From assembly GCA_963846925.1 (NCBI GenBank), contig CAWJXW010000007.1:5495-69494 (forward strand): DNA of 64,000 nt, written 5' to 3'. Made by a program: the position numbers and the translations under genes. Every line of letters starts with the position of its first letter. Position 1 is the first letter of the stretch. Below are positions 39,050 to 48,160 of this stretch, one piece after another. The DNA comes from an uncultured Gemmatimonadaceae bacterium. GTDB taxonomy: Bacteria; Gemmatimonadota; Gemmatimonadetes; Gemmatimonadales; Gemmatimonadaceae. The notes under the pieces were generated by a model, which did not search any database, was not told where the DNA came from, and was given only the letters and a program-made list of their open reading frames with translations.

Positions 39050-41458
39050 TCAATCGGAGCGCAGCGCGACGACCGGGTCGATACGCGCCGCGCGGCGCGC
39101 CGGCGCCAGCGATGCCACGATCGCGACGCCCGCGAGCGTGAGCGCGACCGCCGCGTACACGAGCGGATCGACGGTGGCGACGCCGAACAACAGCGCGCGC
39201 ATCGGACGAGTCGCGACCGCGGCGGCCGCCACGCCGATCGCGATGCCGAGCGACGACATTCGCAGCCCTTCGCCGAGTACCATCGTCGTGAGCCGGCCTT
39301 CGACCGCGCCGAGCGCGGCGCGAATTCCCATCTCTCGCGTGCGACGCCGCACGCCGTACGCGACCACGCCATAGATCCCGACGGCGCCGAGAAACAGACC
39401 GAGCGCCGCGAAGGCCGCGAGCAGCCGCGCGATCATGCGTCGCGTCGTCGATGGCGTCGACGCGACCTCCTCGAGCGAACGAACCTGAGCGATCGGCACC
39501 GTTTGATCGAGCGAGCGGACGGCCGCGCGCACGCGCGTCATCGCCGCGAGCGGGTTGCTGCGCGCGCGAATCACGTAGTGCATGAACACGAGCCGCTGCT
39601 GCGCGTTCGGACGGTACACCTCGAGCGGCGCGGGCGCGTCGGCGGAGTGGGAGCGCACGTCCCCGACGATGCCAATGACCGTCGCCCAGTCGGCGCGCGA
39701 TCCGTTGCCGAACTTGATTCGCCCGCCGATCGGATCGCGGCCCGGCCAGAAGCGCCGTGCCATCGTCGCGTTGATTAGGACGACGGGGGGCGCGTCGCGC
39801 GTATCTGTGGGCAGAAAGAGACGTCCACGCAGAAGGGGAATCCGCATCGCGCCGAAATAGTCGCCGATCACCGATCGCCAGACGACGTGCGGGTGAGCCG
39901 ACGTAGGCGCCACCGGCTGGCTCTCGATCTCCAGGTCGCCGTTCCAATTGAAGCCGCTGAGCGGCAGGTGCTGCGCCGCTCCGACCCGCTCGACGTCCGG
40001 TAGCGCGGCGATTCGGCGCGCGATCTCCTCGAAGTACGTCGTGGCGTCCGCGGCGCGCACCTGGCCGCTCGATGGTTGAATCAACATCGTGGCGACGCGA
40101 TTCGGGTCGAATCCCAGATCCACGCGTCCGAGCCGCCAGAGCGACACGACCATCAGCGACGCTCCGACGACGAGCACCGTCGCGAGAGAGACCTGCGCCA
40201 CTACGAGCGACTGGCGGATCCGCGCCGCGCGATGCCCGCCCGCCTCGAGGGCGCTCGCGCGCAGCACGCCGTCCGGATCGACACTCGACGCGACGAGCGC
40301 GGGTCCGATGCCGAAGGCGATCCCCGCGGCGATCGTCGCGATCGCCGTGACCGCGATGACGGCAACATCCAGGTGAATCTCGGCTGCGCGGGGGAGCGAC
40401 GCCGCGAGGAGCGTGCGCAGCGCTTCCGTTCCCGCGACACCGACGGCGGCGCCGATGACTCCTCCCGCCATCGCCAACACGAGGCTCTGCACGAGCAGTT
40501 GGCGCACGATCACTGATTTGGCGGCGCCTAGCGCGCGCCGCACAGCCATTTCGCGACGGCGCCCGGCGGCGTGCGCGAGGAGAAGATTGCCGACGTTGAC
40601 GACGGCGATCAGCCCGAGGATCGCCACCGCGGCGTACAGCACGAGAATCGAACGCCGCGCGTCGCCGACGAGGCTCTCGTGCAAGTCGATCACGGTCGCG
40701 CCGCGCGCGTAGTCGTCGGCGTAGTTGAACGCGGCGCGCATCTGTGGCGCCAGCGCCGAGAGCTCGCGCGTCGCCTGCGCCACCGTCGCGCCGCGGCGCA
40801 ATCGGCCGAAAGCCAGCGCCGTGGCTCCCGTGTGGAACGGCGACGCGGGGTCGATCTGCACGGGGAGCCACGCGTCGACGTTCGCTTGGAAAACCTCGAA
40901 GCTCGCGGGCATGACCCCGACGACGCGACACGGCTGCCCGTCCATGTCGACGACGCGGCCGACCACCGCACTGTCGCCGCCGAACTGCGACAGCCAGAGC
41001 GTGTGGCTCAGCACCGCCACGTTCCACTGTCCCTTCTCCGACTCGTCGGCGAGAAAGCCGCGCCCGAGCATCGGGTGGACGCCAAGCACCGCGAAGAAGT
41101 TCGTGGACACTCGTGCCGCGTCGAGTTGGCGCGGCTCTCCGGCGCCCGTCATCGCGACGCCCCAGCCGGGGCTGAACGCGGCCACCGATTCGAAACTCGC
41201 CGCGTGCTGCTGCATGTACAGCAGCTCGGCGTTCGAGATCGTGCGCGTCGGCCAGATCGCCGCGAGCCGCTCCGGCTGCACGTAGGGGAGGGGACGGAGC
41301 AACACGCTCCGCACGACGCTGAACATCGCCGCGTTCGCGCCGACGCCGAGCGCGAACGTCGCCAGCGCAACGACGGTGAACGTCCGGTCCTTTCGCGCCT
41401 GCCTCAGCGCCACGCGCAGGTCACGCCGAATCGACTGCCACAGTTGGCGGCTTCGCAT
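39050..41458 (-). CDS. ADOP/MacB-like duplicated FtsX-domain ABC transporter permease
   Basis: 802 aa. The N-terminus is LRVALRQARKDRTFTVVALATFALGVGANAAMFSVV..LLRPLPY. It has two MacB_PCD plus FtsX halves and the C-terminal ARRAARIDPVVALRSD. Confidence 0.85.
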   Translation of the reverse strand: MRSRQLWQSIRRDLRVALRQARKDRTFTVVALATFALGVGANAAMFSVVRSVLLRPLPYVQPERLAAIWPTRTISNAELLYMQQHAASFESVAAFSPGWGVAMTGAGEPRQLDAARVSTNFFAVLGVHPMLGRGFLADESEKGQWNVAVLSHTLWLSQFGGDSAVVGRVVDMDGQPCRVVGVMPASFEVFQANVDAWLPVQIDPASPFHTGATALAFGRLRRGATVAQATRELSALAPQMRAAFNYADDYARGATVIDLHESLVGDARRSILVLYAAVAILGLIAVVNVGNLLLAHAAGRRREMAVRRALGAAKSVIVRQLLVQSLVLAMAGGVIGAAVGVAGTEALRTLLAASLPRAAEIHLDVAVIAVTAIATIAAGIAFGIGPALVASSVDPDGVLRASALEAGGHRAARIRQSLVVAQVSLATVLVVGASLMVVSLWRLGRVDLGFDPNRVATMLIQPSSGQVRAADATTYFEEIARRIAALPDVERVGAAQHLPLSGFNWNGDLEIESQPVAPTSAHPHVVWRSVIGDYFGAMRIPLLRGRLFLPTDTRDAPPVVLINATMARRFWPGRDPIGGRIKFGNGSRADWATVIGIVGDVRSHSADAPAPLEVYRPNAQQRLVFMHYVIRARSNPLAAMTRVRAAVRSLDQTVPIAQVRSLEEVASTPSTTRRMIARLLAAFAALGLFLGAVGIYGVVAYGVRRRTREMGIRAALGAVEGRLTTMVLGEGLRMSSLGIAIGVAAAAVATRPMRALLFGVATVDPLVYAAVALTLAGVAIVASLAPARRAARIDPVVALRSD

Positions 41459-41775
41459 CCCGTCCTCGGTCGGATCGCGGTGGGCTCAACAGGCTCGCGA
41501 ACGCGCGTTGGACATCACCCACAGGGCAAAGGTTGGGTTTTTGGTGACGGTCCGCACACAACCACCGCCGTTCCGTGGGTGCCGTGAGGAAGATCACGGA
41601 GTTTCGGTGGCGCCAACGCCTTGCGCGTAGCAACGAATTATTCTAAGAATGCTAAACGCTGGACGGACATGGTTTTCAGCTGTGACCGTGGTCACCAATG
41701 TAGTGCCCGGTTCTTGCGATTAGCCGTCTGCGAGTGTCACCCGTTCGCCAACCAATACCACAGGAGATCGTGCAG

Positions 41776-42459
41776 ATGCGCCTTCATACCGGATCGATCC
41801 TCGGATGGGTCGGAACTATCGCACTATTGAGCGGCTGCGCCACGACGGGCGCCCTCAAGCGCGCCCAGCAGCAGAACGCTGATGCCCTCGCCCAGGCGTC
41901 GGCCCAGCAGAAAGCCGCGCTCGACGCCGAAGCCGTTCAGCGTGCTTCGACCGACAGCGCCCTTCGCCAGCAGCTCGGCCTCGTGCAGGGCGACGTGCAG
42001 CAGCTGAAGACCGACCTTCAGTCGATGCGCAATGACTTCAACGCCAAGATCACGGCGATGCAGGACGGTCTGCACTTCGACATGCCCGTGAACTTCGCGT
42101 TCAACGACGCGACCGTTCGTCCGGAAGACCAGGCGTCGCTCACCCGCTTCGCCCACGTCGTGCAGCAGTACTACCCGCAGTCGAAAGTGACGGTCGAGGG
42201 TTTCGCTGACCCGGCCGGGTCGGCGCGCTACAACCTCGTGCTGTCGGAGCGTCGCGCGAAGTCGGTTGCCGACTACCTCGCGTCGCAGGGCATGTCGCCG
42301 GCGCTGCTCGAGACGGTCGGCTACGGCAAGACGCGCCTCGTCACGCCGAAGGCGTGGGGCGACCAGCCGGGCGCCGAACTCAATCGCCGCGCCGTGTTCG
42401 TGATCGAGACCAAGGGTCAGACGAGCGTTGCGCTCGCGAACCCCGCCGGGACGCCGTAA
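41776..42459 (+). CDS. OmpA-family lipoprotein (coiled-coil N-terminus, OmpA_C peptidoglycan-binding domain)
   Basis: The start is ATG 41776 after CAGGAG. The lipobox is LLSGC. The OmpA_C signature is VEGFADPAGSARYNLVLSERRAKSVADYL...GYGKTRLV. Confidence 0.85.
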   Translation: MRLHTGSILGWVGTIALLSGCATTGALKRAQQQNADALAQASAQQKAALDAEAVQRASTDSALRQQLGLVQGDVQQLKTDLQSMRNDFNAKITAMQDGLHFDMPVNFAFNDATVRPEDQASLTRFAHVVQQYYPQSKVTVEGFADPAGSARYNLVLSERRAKSVADYLASQGMSPALLETVGYGKTRLVTPKAWGDQPGAELNRRAVFVIETKGQTSVALANPAGTP

Positions 42460-42488
42460 AGCTCCCAAATCATTGGCGAACGACCCGC

Positions 42489-42530
42489 GGCCCGCCGGTG
42501 CAACGCACCGGCGGGCCGTTTCGCGTTTTC
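42489..42530 (+). terminator. intrinsic terminator after the OmpA-family gene
   Basis: A perfect 13-bp stem, GGCCCGCCGGUGC-AAC-GCACCGGCGGGCC (42489-42517), is followed by GUUUCGCGUUUUC. Confidence 0.6.
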
Positions 42531-42552
42531 GGGCCGCAACCACAACTGCTTC

Positions 42553-42793
42553 AACGCAGAGGACGCGGGGACGCAGAGGACGCAGAGGACGGCCTCCGAA
42601 CGGCCCCGTCGCGCAACGAGCCGGGATGTTTTTGTGAAAGCCGCTCGGGGAGCCTCGTCGTGGCGACGCAGGCTCTCCGCGGTAGACGTAGCCTCCCGAG
42701 CGGCAGTAAAAAAAAAGTCCCGGCTCGTTGCGCGCCGGACTTCAGCTCCGTCGTTGTTCTCTGCGTCCTCTGCGCCTCTGCGTCCTCTGCGTT
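42553..42793. repeat. about 240-bp nested imperfect palindrome (MITE/REP-like element) with terminal 9-mer subrepeats
   Basis: The left arm is AACGCAGAGGACGCGGGGACGCAGAGGACGCAGAGGAC.... It is mirrored by the right arm ...GTTCTCTGCGTCCTCTGCGCCTCTGCGTCCTCTGCGTT. A perfect internal 17-nt inverted pair is CGCGCAACGAGCCGGGA (42610-42626) / TCCCGGCTCGTTGCGCG (42718-42734). T-tract and A-tract are complementary, and the inner pair is GCCGCTCGGGG / CCTCCCGAGCGGC. Confidence 0.75.
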
Positions 42794-42911
42794 AGGTAGT
42801 TCGGCCCGCGACCAGGAGCCTGACCCCGAGCACCGGCCCCTTCATCAGCCTCCTGTTGCGTTTCTACAGGAGCAAGCCTATTCTCTGTCGAAACCCTACA
42901 GAAGAGGGCTC

Positions 42912-43247
42912 TTGGTGGCGTCCGACCAATCCGACGTTCTGCGCGGCACGCTCGACCTCCTCATCCTGAAGACGCTCGCCCTCGAACCCATGCACGGGTG
43001 GGGGATCAGCGCGCGAATTCAGCAGTTCTCGCGAGGGGTGCTCGACGTCAACCAGGGCTCCCTGTACCCCGCGCTTCAGCGCCTCGAGCAGCGCGGATGG
43101 GTCGACAGCGACTGGCGCACCACGGAGAACAATCGGCGCGCCAAGTACTACCGCCTCACGGCGTCCGGACGCCGCGCCGTCGGATCGGAGACCGACAGCT
43201 GGCGGCGTTACGTCACCGCGGTCGAGTTGATCCTCAAAACCTCCTGA
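42912..43247 (+). CDS. PadR-family transcriptional regulator
   Basis: This is the tail of ORF 42354..43247: GTLDLLILKTLALEPMHGWGISARIQQFSRGVLDVNQGSLYPALQRLEQRGWVDSDWRTTENNRRAKYYRLTASG. The start is TTG 42912 or GTG 42915. Confidence 0.85.
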   Translation: MVASDQSDVLRGTLDLLILKTLALEPMHGWGISARIQQFSRGVLDVNQGSLYPALQRLEQRGWVDSDWRTTENNRRAKYYRLTASGRRAVGSETDSWRRYVTAVELILKTS

Positions 43248-43259
43248 CGGTATCGATCG

Positions 43260-45908
43260 ATGAGCCTGTTCCACGCCCTGCGCGCCCGGTTTCGCGCCAT
43301 CCGTCCGTCAGCGGCCGACCAATCGCTATCCGATGAGATTCGATTTCACATCGACCTCGAAACGGAAAAGAACGTGCGACTGGGAATGCATCCCGACGAA
43401 GCGCGGCGGAACGCCCTCGCGCACTTCGGCGGCGTGCAGCGCGTGCGCGAGGAGCACCGCGACGTGCGTCCGCTGCGATGGCTCGGGGACGCCGCCGCCG
43501 ACTCGCGTTTCGCGCTCCGCGCGCTTCGCCGCACGCCCGCGCTCGGCCTCGCCGCGGTCATCACGCTGGCGCTCGGCATCGGCGCCAACGTCGCGATCTT
43601 CTCGGCGGTGAACGCCGTCGTGTTGCAGCCGCTGCCGTATCCGGGACCCGATCGGTTGGCGATGATCACCGAGGAGAATCCCGAGAAACACTGGCATCTC
43701 CAGACGGACGCGCCGGCGAACGTGCTCGACTGGCGCGCCGGCGTTCCGGCGTTCGAGGACGTGACGGCGTACGCGAATTTTCTCGGCACCTACACGCTCA
43801 CCGGCCGCGGCGACCCACAGACCATTCAGGCGGTGAACGTGGCCGGCAATTTCTTCTCGGTCATGGGCGTGCGGGCGGCCATCGGCCGGACGTTCACCGA
43901 CGCCGAGAGCTGGCGACCGGCTGCCGTGGCGATGCTGAGCGACCGCGCGTGGCGGACAAGCTTCGGTGGCGACTCGTCGATCATCGGAAAGCACATCGTT
44001 CTCAACGCGCGCGACTTCGAGGTCGTCGGAGTGATGCCGCCCGGCTTCGCGTTTCCGTTCGAGAACGTCGACGTCTGGCGGTCCATCGGCTGGGACCCGC
44101 AATCGCGCGGCGACGTCGGCTTCCGACGAGCGCATTGGGTCCGTGCGATCGCGCGACTCAAACCCGGTGTGTCGCTTGCCACCGCGGACGCCCAGCTACA
44201 AACAGTCGTGTCCCGGCTCAAGCAGGAATACCCGGCGACGAACAAGTACATGGGCGCCGCGATCTGGCCGCTGCAGTCCTTCCTCGTCGGCGATACGCGG
44301 TTGCCCTTGCTGCTGCTCCTCACGTCGGTCGCGTTTCTCCTGCTCATCGCGTGCGCGAACGTGGGAAATCTTCTTCTCGTGCAGGCAGCCGGCCGCGAGC
44401 GCGAGGCGGCGTTGCGGCTCGCGCTCGGCGCCGGTCGCGGACGGCTGGTGCGACAAGCGCTCGCCGAGAGTCTGATTCTCTCAGGGCTCGGCGGCGCCGC
44501 GGGACTCTTGCTCGGTTGGGCCGGCACCCGTGCGCTCGTGCGGCTGCAACCGGAGGGCATGCTCCGCGTGCACGACTTCGGAGTCGACGCCACAGTTCTC
44601 GCCTATGTCCTCACCATCACGATTTTGAGCGGCCTCCTCTTCGGCGTCGCGCCCGCGCTCTGGATGCGGCGCCGAGATCCCGCGGACTCGCTCAAGGAAG
44701 GCAGCCGCGGAGCGGGGCAGAGCTCCCGCGCGAAGCGATGGGGCGAGGTGCTCGTCGTCGGAGAAGTCGCGCTGGCGCTGCTCATGACCACAGGCGCCGG
44801 CCTCGTCGTCCGAAGCTTCTTCCAGGTTCGCGACGTGAACCCCGGCTTTGATTCGCACGGGATCCTGACGGCGCAGGTCGGTCTCAACCGGTCGTACGAT
44901 ACGAGCACCAAGGTGCAGGCGTTCATGTCGCAGCTCGAGACTCGGTCCCGAGCGATTCCCGGCGTCACAAACGCCGCCATCGCGACGAGCATCCCCTTCA
45001 TGGGAACGGGATACACGACCGACTACATCGCCTACGGACGCGCCGCGGACCAATACGGGACCGAAGTCGGCCATCGCACGGTCAGCGCCAGCTACTTCAA
45101 GACGTTGAAGGTGCGCCTCGTTGGCGGGCGCATGTTCGACGAGACCGACGGACTTGGCAGTTCGCCGGTCGTGCTCGTCAACGACGTGTTGGCGAAATCG
45201 TATTTCCAGGGGCAGAACCCCGTTGGCCAGCGCATCGCGTTCGACAAGGTTCCGACGTCGAAATCGACCTGGTACACGATCGTCGGCGTCGTCGCCAGCG
45301 AACACGTCGAGGCCCTCGACGTTCAGCCCCGCATCGAAGTCTTCCACGCCGCGTCGCAGGAGCCGCCATCCGACGTGGTCGTGCTGCTCCGTACGGCCGG
45401 CGACCCCGCGAGCCTGGTCGCCTCGCTCCGTGGTGTGGTCCACGATCTGGATCCATCGCTCGCCCTGATCGACGCGAAGCCGATGGATGTCTTGCGAGCG
45501 GCGTCGATGGCGCGGATCCGCTTCATGACGACGATGCTCCTCGGCTTCGCGCTGGTCGGCGTGGTGCTCGCGGTGGTCGGCGTGTACGGCGTGCTGGCCC
45601 ACGTATCGCGAAACCGCACGCGCGAGATGGGCATCCGCGTCGCGCTCGGCGCGCAGCCGGCGCAAGTTCGCTGGCTCGTCGTGCGGCACGGACTCGCGCT
45701 CGCCATCACCGGCCTCGCGGTGGGGCTCGTCATCGCGGCCTTCGCCACTCGTTTCATGTCGGCGCTGCTGTTCAACGTCGCGCCCAATGATCCGCTCACG
45801 CTCGCCGGCGTATCGCTGATCTTGGCGGCGACGAGCCTCGTGGCGGCGTCGTTGCCGGCCCGCCGCGCGGCCCGAGTCGACCCGGCGATCGCCCTTCGCG
45901 CCGAATAG
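43260..45908 (+). CDS. ADOP/MacB-like duplicated FtsX-domain ABC transporter permease (PadR-coupled)
   Basis: 882 aa. The N-terminal leader is typical of PadR-linked ADOPs (LSDEIRFHIDLETEKNVRLGMHPDEARRNALAHFGGV). It has two MacB_PCD plus FtsX halves and the C-terminal ARRAARVDPAIALRAE. Confidence 0.9.
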   Translation: MSLFHALRARFRAIRPSAADQSLSDEIRFHIDLETEKNVRLGMHPDEARRNALAHFGGVQRVREEHRDVRPLRWLGDAAADSRFALRALRRTPALGLAAVITLALGIGANVAIFSAVNAVVLQPLPYPGPDRLAMITEENPEKHWHLQTDAPANVLDWRAGVPAFEDVTAYANFLGTYTLTGRGDPQTIQAVNVAGNFFSVMGVRAAIGRTFTDAESWRPAAVAMLSDRAWRTSFGGDSSIIGKHIVLNARDFEVVGVMPPGFAFPFENVDVWRSIGWDPQSRGDVGFRRAHWVRAIARLKPGVSLATADAQLQTVVSRLKQEYPATNKYMGAAIWPLQSFLVGDTRLPLLLLLTSVAFLLLIACANVGNLLLVQAAGREREAALRLALGAGRGRLVRQALAESLILSGLGGAAGLLLGWAGTRALVRLQPEGMLRVHDFGVDATVLAYVLTITILSGLLFGVAPALWMRRRDPADSLKEGSRGAGQSSRAKRWGEVLVVGEVALALLMTTGAGLVVRSFFQVRDVNPGFDSHGILTAQVGLNRSYDTSTKVQAFMSQLETRSRAIPGVTNAAIATSIPFMGTGYTTDYIAYGRAADQYGTEVGHRTVSASYFKTLKVRLVGGRMFDETDGLGSSPVVLVNDVLAKSYFQGQNPVGQRIAFDKVPTSKSTWYTIVGVVASEHVEALDVQPRIEVFHAASQEPPSDVVVLLRTAGDPASLVASLRGVVHDLDPSLALIDAKPMDVLRAASMARIRFMTTMLLGFALVGVVLAVVGVYGVLAHVSRNRTREMGIRVALGAQPAQVRWLVVRHGLALAITGLAVGLVIAAFATRFMSALLFNVAPNDPLTLAGVSLILAATSLVAASLPARRAARVDPAIALRAE

Positions 45909-45950
45909 CTTCGCCATTCAGTTCGGCCCGCGGGCTGGAGGCTGCGTCGC

Positions 45951-46727
45951 TCAGGTCGGCGGAGGAACCCGGTCGTCTGGCGGAACGAAGTTCGAGAGGA
46001 AGAGCCGTTCCTCCGAGGTCAGGCTGCCGAGTCCCTTGGCGCTGATCTTGTCGAGGATGCGGTTCACTTCGTCGCGATTGACTTCGTGCACGGACTTGGG
46101 GTCGACGCGCTTCCAGTTGAGCAGCTTGTCCTTCGCGATGGGCGACGTGGCTTTCGACCGGAATTTCTTGGCGCCGAGCCGCATGTCGAACCACTTCACG
46201 TAGAGCCAGCCGGCGACGAAGCCGCCCAGGTGCGCGAAGTCGGCGACTCCGGAGCGCGACCCTTGGACCCCGCTGTAGAGGGCGAGGAGCGCCATCAGGA
46301 TCACCGCGACTCGAGCTTCGAGCGGCAGGATGCCGAAGATGTAGATCTGCACGCGCGGCCAGAAATGCGCGAAGGCGATCATGACGCCGAACACGGCTCC
46401 CGAGGCGCCGATGATCGCCGCGCCCGGCGCGAAGATCGCCGAGAGCAACGCGCCGGCGATTCCGCTCAGGAAATAGAGAGCGAGAAAGTTGCGCCCGCCG
46501 AGCCGCTCCTCGACCCGCGGGCCGAAGAAGTACAGCGCGATCATGTTGAACAGGATGTGCATGATGCCGCCGTGCACGAACATGTACGTGACGGCCGTCC
46601 ACGGACGATACAGAAAGAACGCCGGGACGAAGGCGAGCTGACGCTCCACGCCGGCGACGCTTTGCAAAAAGAAGACGACGATATTTGCTACGATGAGTCG
46701 GCGGACCCACGGCGTCACCGCGCACAC
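45951..46727 (-). CDS. rhomboid-family intramembrane serine protease
   Basis: 258 aa with FVHGGIMHILFNM, the catalytic GASGAVFG, and the downstream His in FAHLGGFVAG. Confidence 0.85.
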   Translation of the reverse strand: MCAVTPWVRRLIVANIVVFFLQSVAGVERQLAFVPAFFLYRPWTAVTYMFVHGGIMHILFNMIALYFFGPRVEERLGGRNFLALYFLSGIAGALLSAIFAPGAAIIGASGAVFGVMIAFAHFWPRVQIYIFGILPLEARVAVILMALLALYSGVQGSRSGVADFAHLGGFVAGWLYVKWFDMRLGAKKFRSKATSPIAKDKLLNWKRVDPKSVHEVNRDEVNRILDKISAKGLGSLTSEERLFLSNFVPPDDRVPPPT

Positions 46728-46869
46728 TCCTGCGAGGGAGAGGAAGTCATAAAATTACATCGCATCCGGTCGGGTCGAGGACTTCCGATTGAGGCGGCTC
46801 GCCGTCACCTTCATAACAAATCGGGATCCTTCTCACACCCTTAGCCGCCGGCGGCGCCGCCCCCCCCAG

Positions 46870-48150
46870 ATGCCTTCTCGCGTCTCCACTCTCGCCCAGA
46901 CCCTGCGCGGGTCGGCGATCCTCCGCATCGCGGGCGAAGTCCGCGAACTGGCCAAACAAGGGCGTCCCATCCTCGACCTCACGGTCGGAGACTTCAGCTC
47001 CAAGCAATTCCCGATTCCTCGCGAGCTCGAGGACGGCGTCGTCGAGGCGCTGCGAGCGGGGGAGTCGACCTATCCGCCGTCGATAGGTCTGGAGTCACTG
47101 CGCCAGGCGGTCCGCGCCTTCTATAAGAAGCGCCTTGGCCTCGAGTTCCCCCTCGAATCGGTCCTCATCACTTCCGGCGCTCGGCCCGCGATCTATGCCT
47201 TGTACCGCGCTCTCGTAGACGCCGGTGACCGCGTCGTGTTCGGCGTTCCGTCGTGGAACAACGACTACTACTGCACGATCGTGGGCGCCGAGCCGGTGAT
47301 GATCGAGTGCGACGCGAGCACGCGGTTCCTTCCGACGGCCAAGATGCTGCGCCCCGTGGTGCGCGGCGCGCGGCTGCTCGCCCTCAACTCGCCGCTCAAC
47401 CCGACCGGCACGCTCTACGACGCCGCGACGCTCGCCGACATGTGCGATCTCGTGCTCGAGGAGAACGCGCGACGCGGGGATCGCGAGCGTCCGCTGTACG
47501 TCATGTACGACCAGGTGTACTGGATGCTCACGACGCAGGGGCTCGATCACGTCGAGCCGATCTCGCTGCGTCCCGAGATCGCGCCCTACGTCGTGACCGT
47601 CGACGCGATCTCGAAGGCGTTCGCGTCCACGGGGCTACGTGTGGGTTGGGCGGTCGCCTCGCCCGACATCATTCGTCCGATGAACGACATCGTCGGGCAC
47701 GTCGGCGCCTGGGCTCCGCGTCCCGAGCAGGTGGCGACCGCGAAGTTCCTCGCGAACGATGCAGCCGTCGATCGGTTCATCGACAACATGCGCCAGGACG
47801 TGACGGCCCGGCTCGATGCCGTTTACAACGGCATGGTGGCGATGCGCGACGACGGGCTACCCGTGGACTGCGTGCGGCCGCAGGGCGCCATCTACGTGAG
47901 CGCGCGCTTCGCGCTGCACGGCATGCAGACGCCCGATGGAACGGTGCTCCACACCGACGACGACGTGCGCCAGTATCTGCTGCGCGCCGCGGGATTCGCC
48001 GTCGTTCCGTTCAACGCGTTCGGCGCGCAAGGCGATCACGGATGGTTCCGGCTGTCGATCGGCGTCGTGTCCGTCGAGCAGATCGAGGGGATCTTCCCGA
48101 GCTTGCGCCGCGCGATCGAGGCGCTGGGCGTGCCGGCGACGGCCCACTAG
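46870..48150 (+). CDS. class I/II pyridoxal-phosphate-dependent aminotransferase (aspartate aminotransferase-like)
   Basis: ORF 46789..48150, with the start taken at ATG 46870. Motifs are LTVGDF, NSPLNPTG and SKAFASTGLRVGW (PLP lysine context). Confidence 0.85.
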   Translation: MPSRVSTLAQTLRGSAILRIAGEVRELAKQGRPILDLTVGDFSSKQFPIPRELEDGVVEALRAGESTYPPSIGLESLRQAVRAFYKKRLGLEFPLESVLITSGARPAIYALYRALVDAGDRVVFGVPSWNNDYYCTIVGAEPVMIECDASTRFLPTAKMLRPVVRGARLLALNSPLNPTGTLYDAATLADMCDLVLEENARRGDRERPLYVMYDQVYWMLTTQGLDHVEPISLRPEIAPYVVTVDAISKAFASTGLRVGWAVASPDIIRPMNDIVGHVGAWAPRPEQVATAKFLANDAAVDRFIDNMRQDVTARLDAVYNGMVAMRDDGLPVDCVRPQGAIYVSARFALHGMQTPDGTVLHTDDDVRQYLLRAAGFAVVPFNAFGAQGDHGWFRLSIGVVSVEQIEGIFPSLRRAIEALGVPATAH

Positions 48151-48160
48151 TCTCGGCGGT

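Noticed and set aside
38895-41027. 710-aa minus-strand ORF overlapping the ADOP permease
   Set aside because: It is an Arg-rich shadow frame of the 39050..41458 gene. No motifs are present.
41682-41695. GTGACC-GT-GGTCAC inverted repeat (and nearby ATTCT-A-AGAAT) in the ADOP/ompA divergent intergenic region, as candidate operators
   Set aside because: The arms are only 5-6 bp, and such palindromes are expected many times by chance in 64 kb. No cognate regulator is adjacent.
42354-42911. N-terminal 186 codons of ORF 42354..43247, upstream of the PadR domain
   Set aside because: This frame runs through the ompA-like 3' end, a terminator hairpin and the palindromic element. The translation (…RRGRGDAEDAEDG…LCVLCASASSALG…) mirrors the repeat. 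PadR similarity starts only near 42912.
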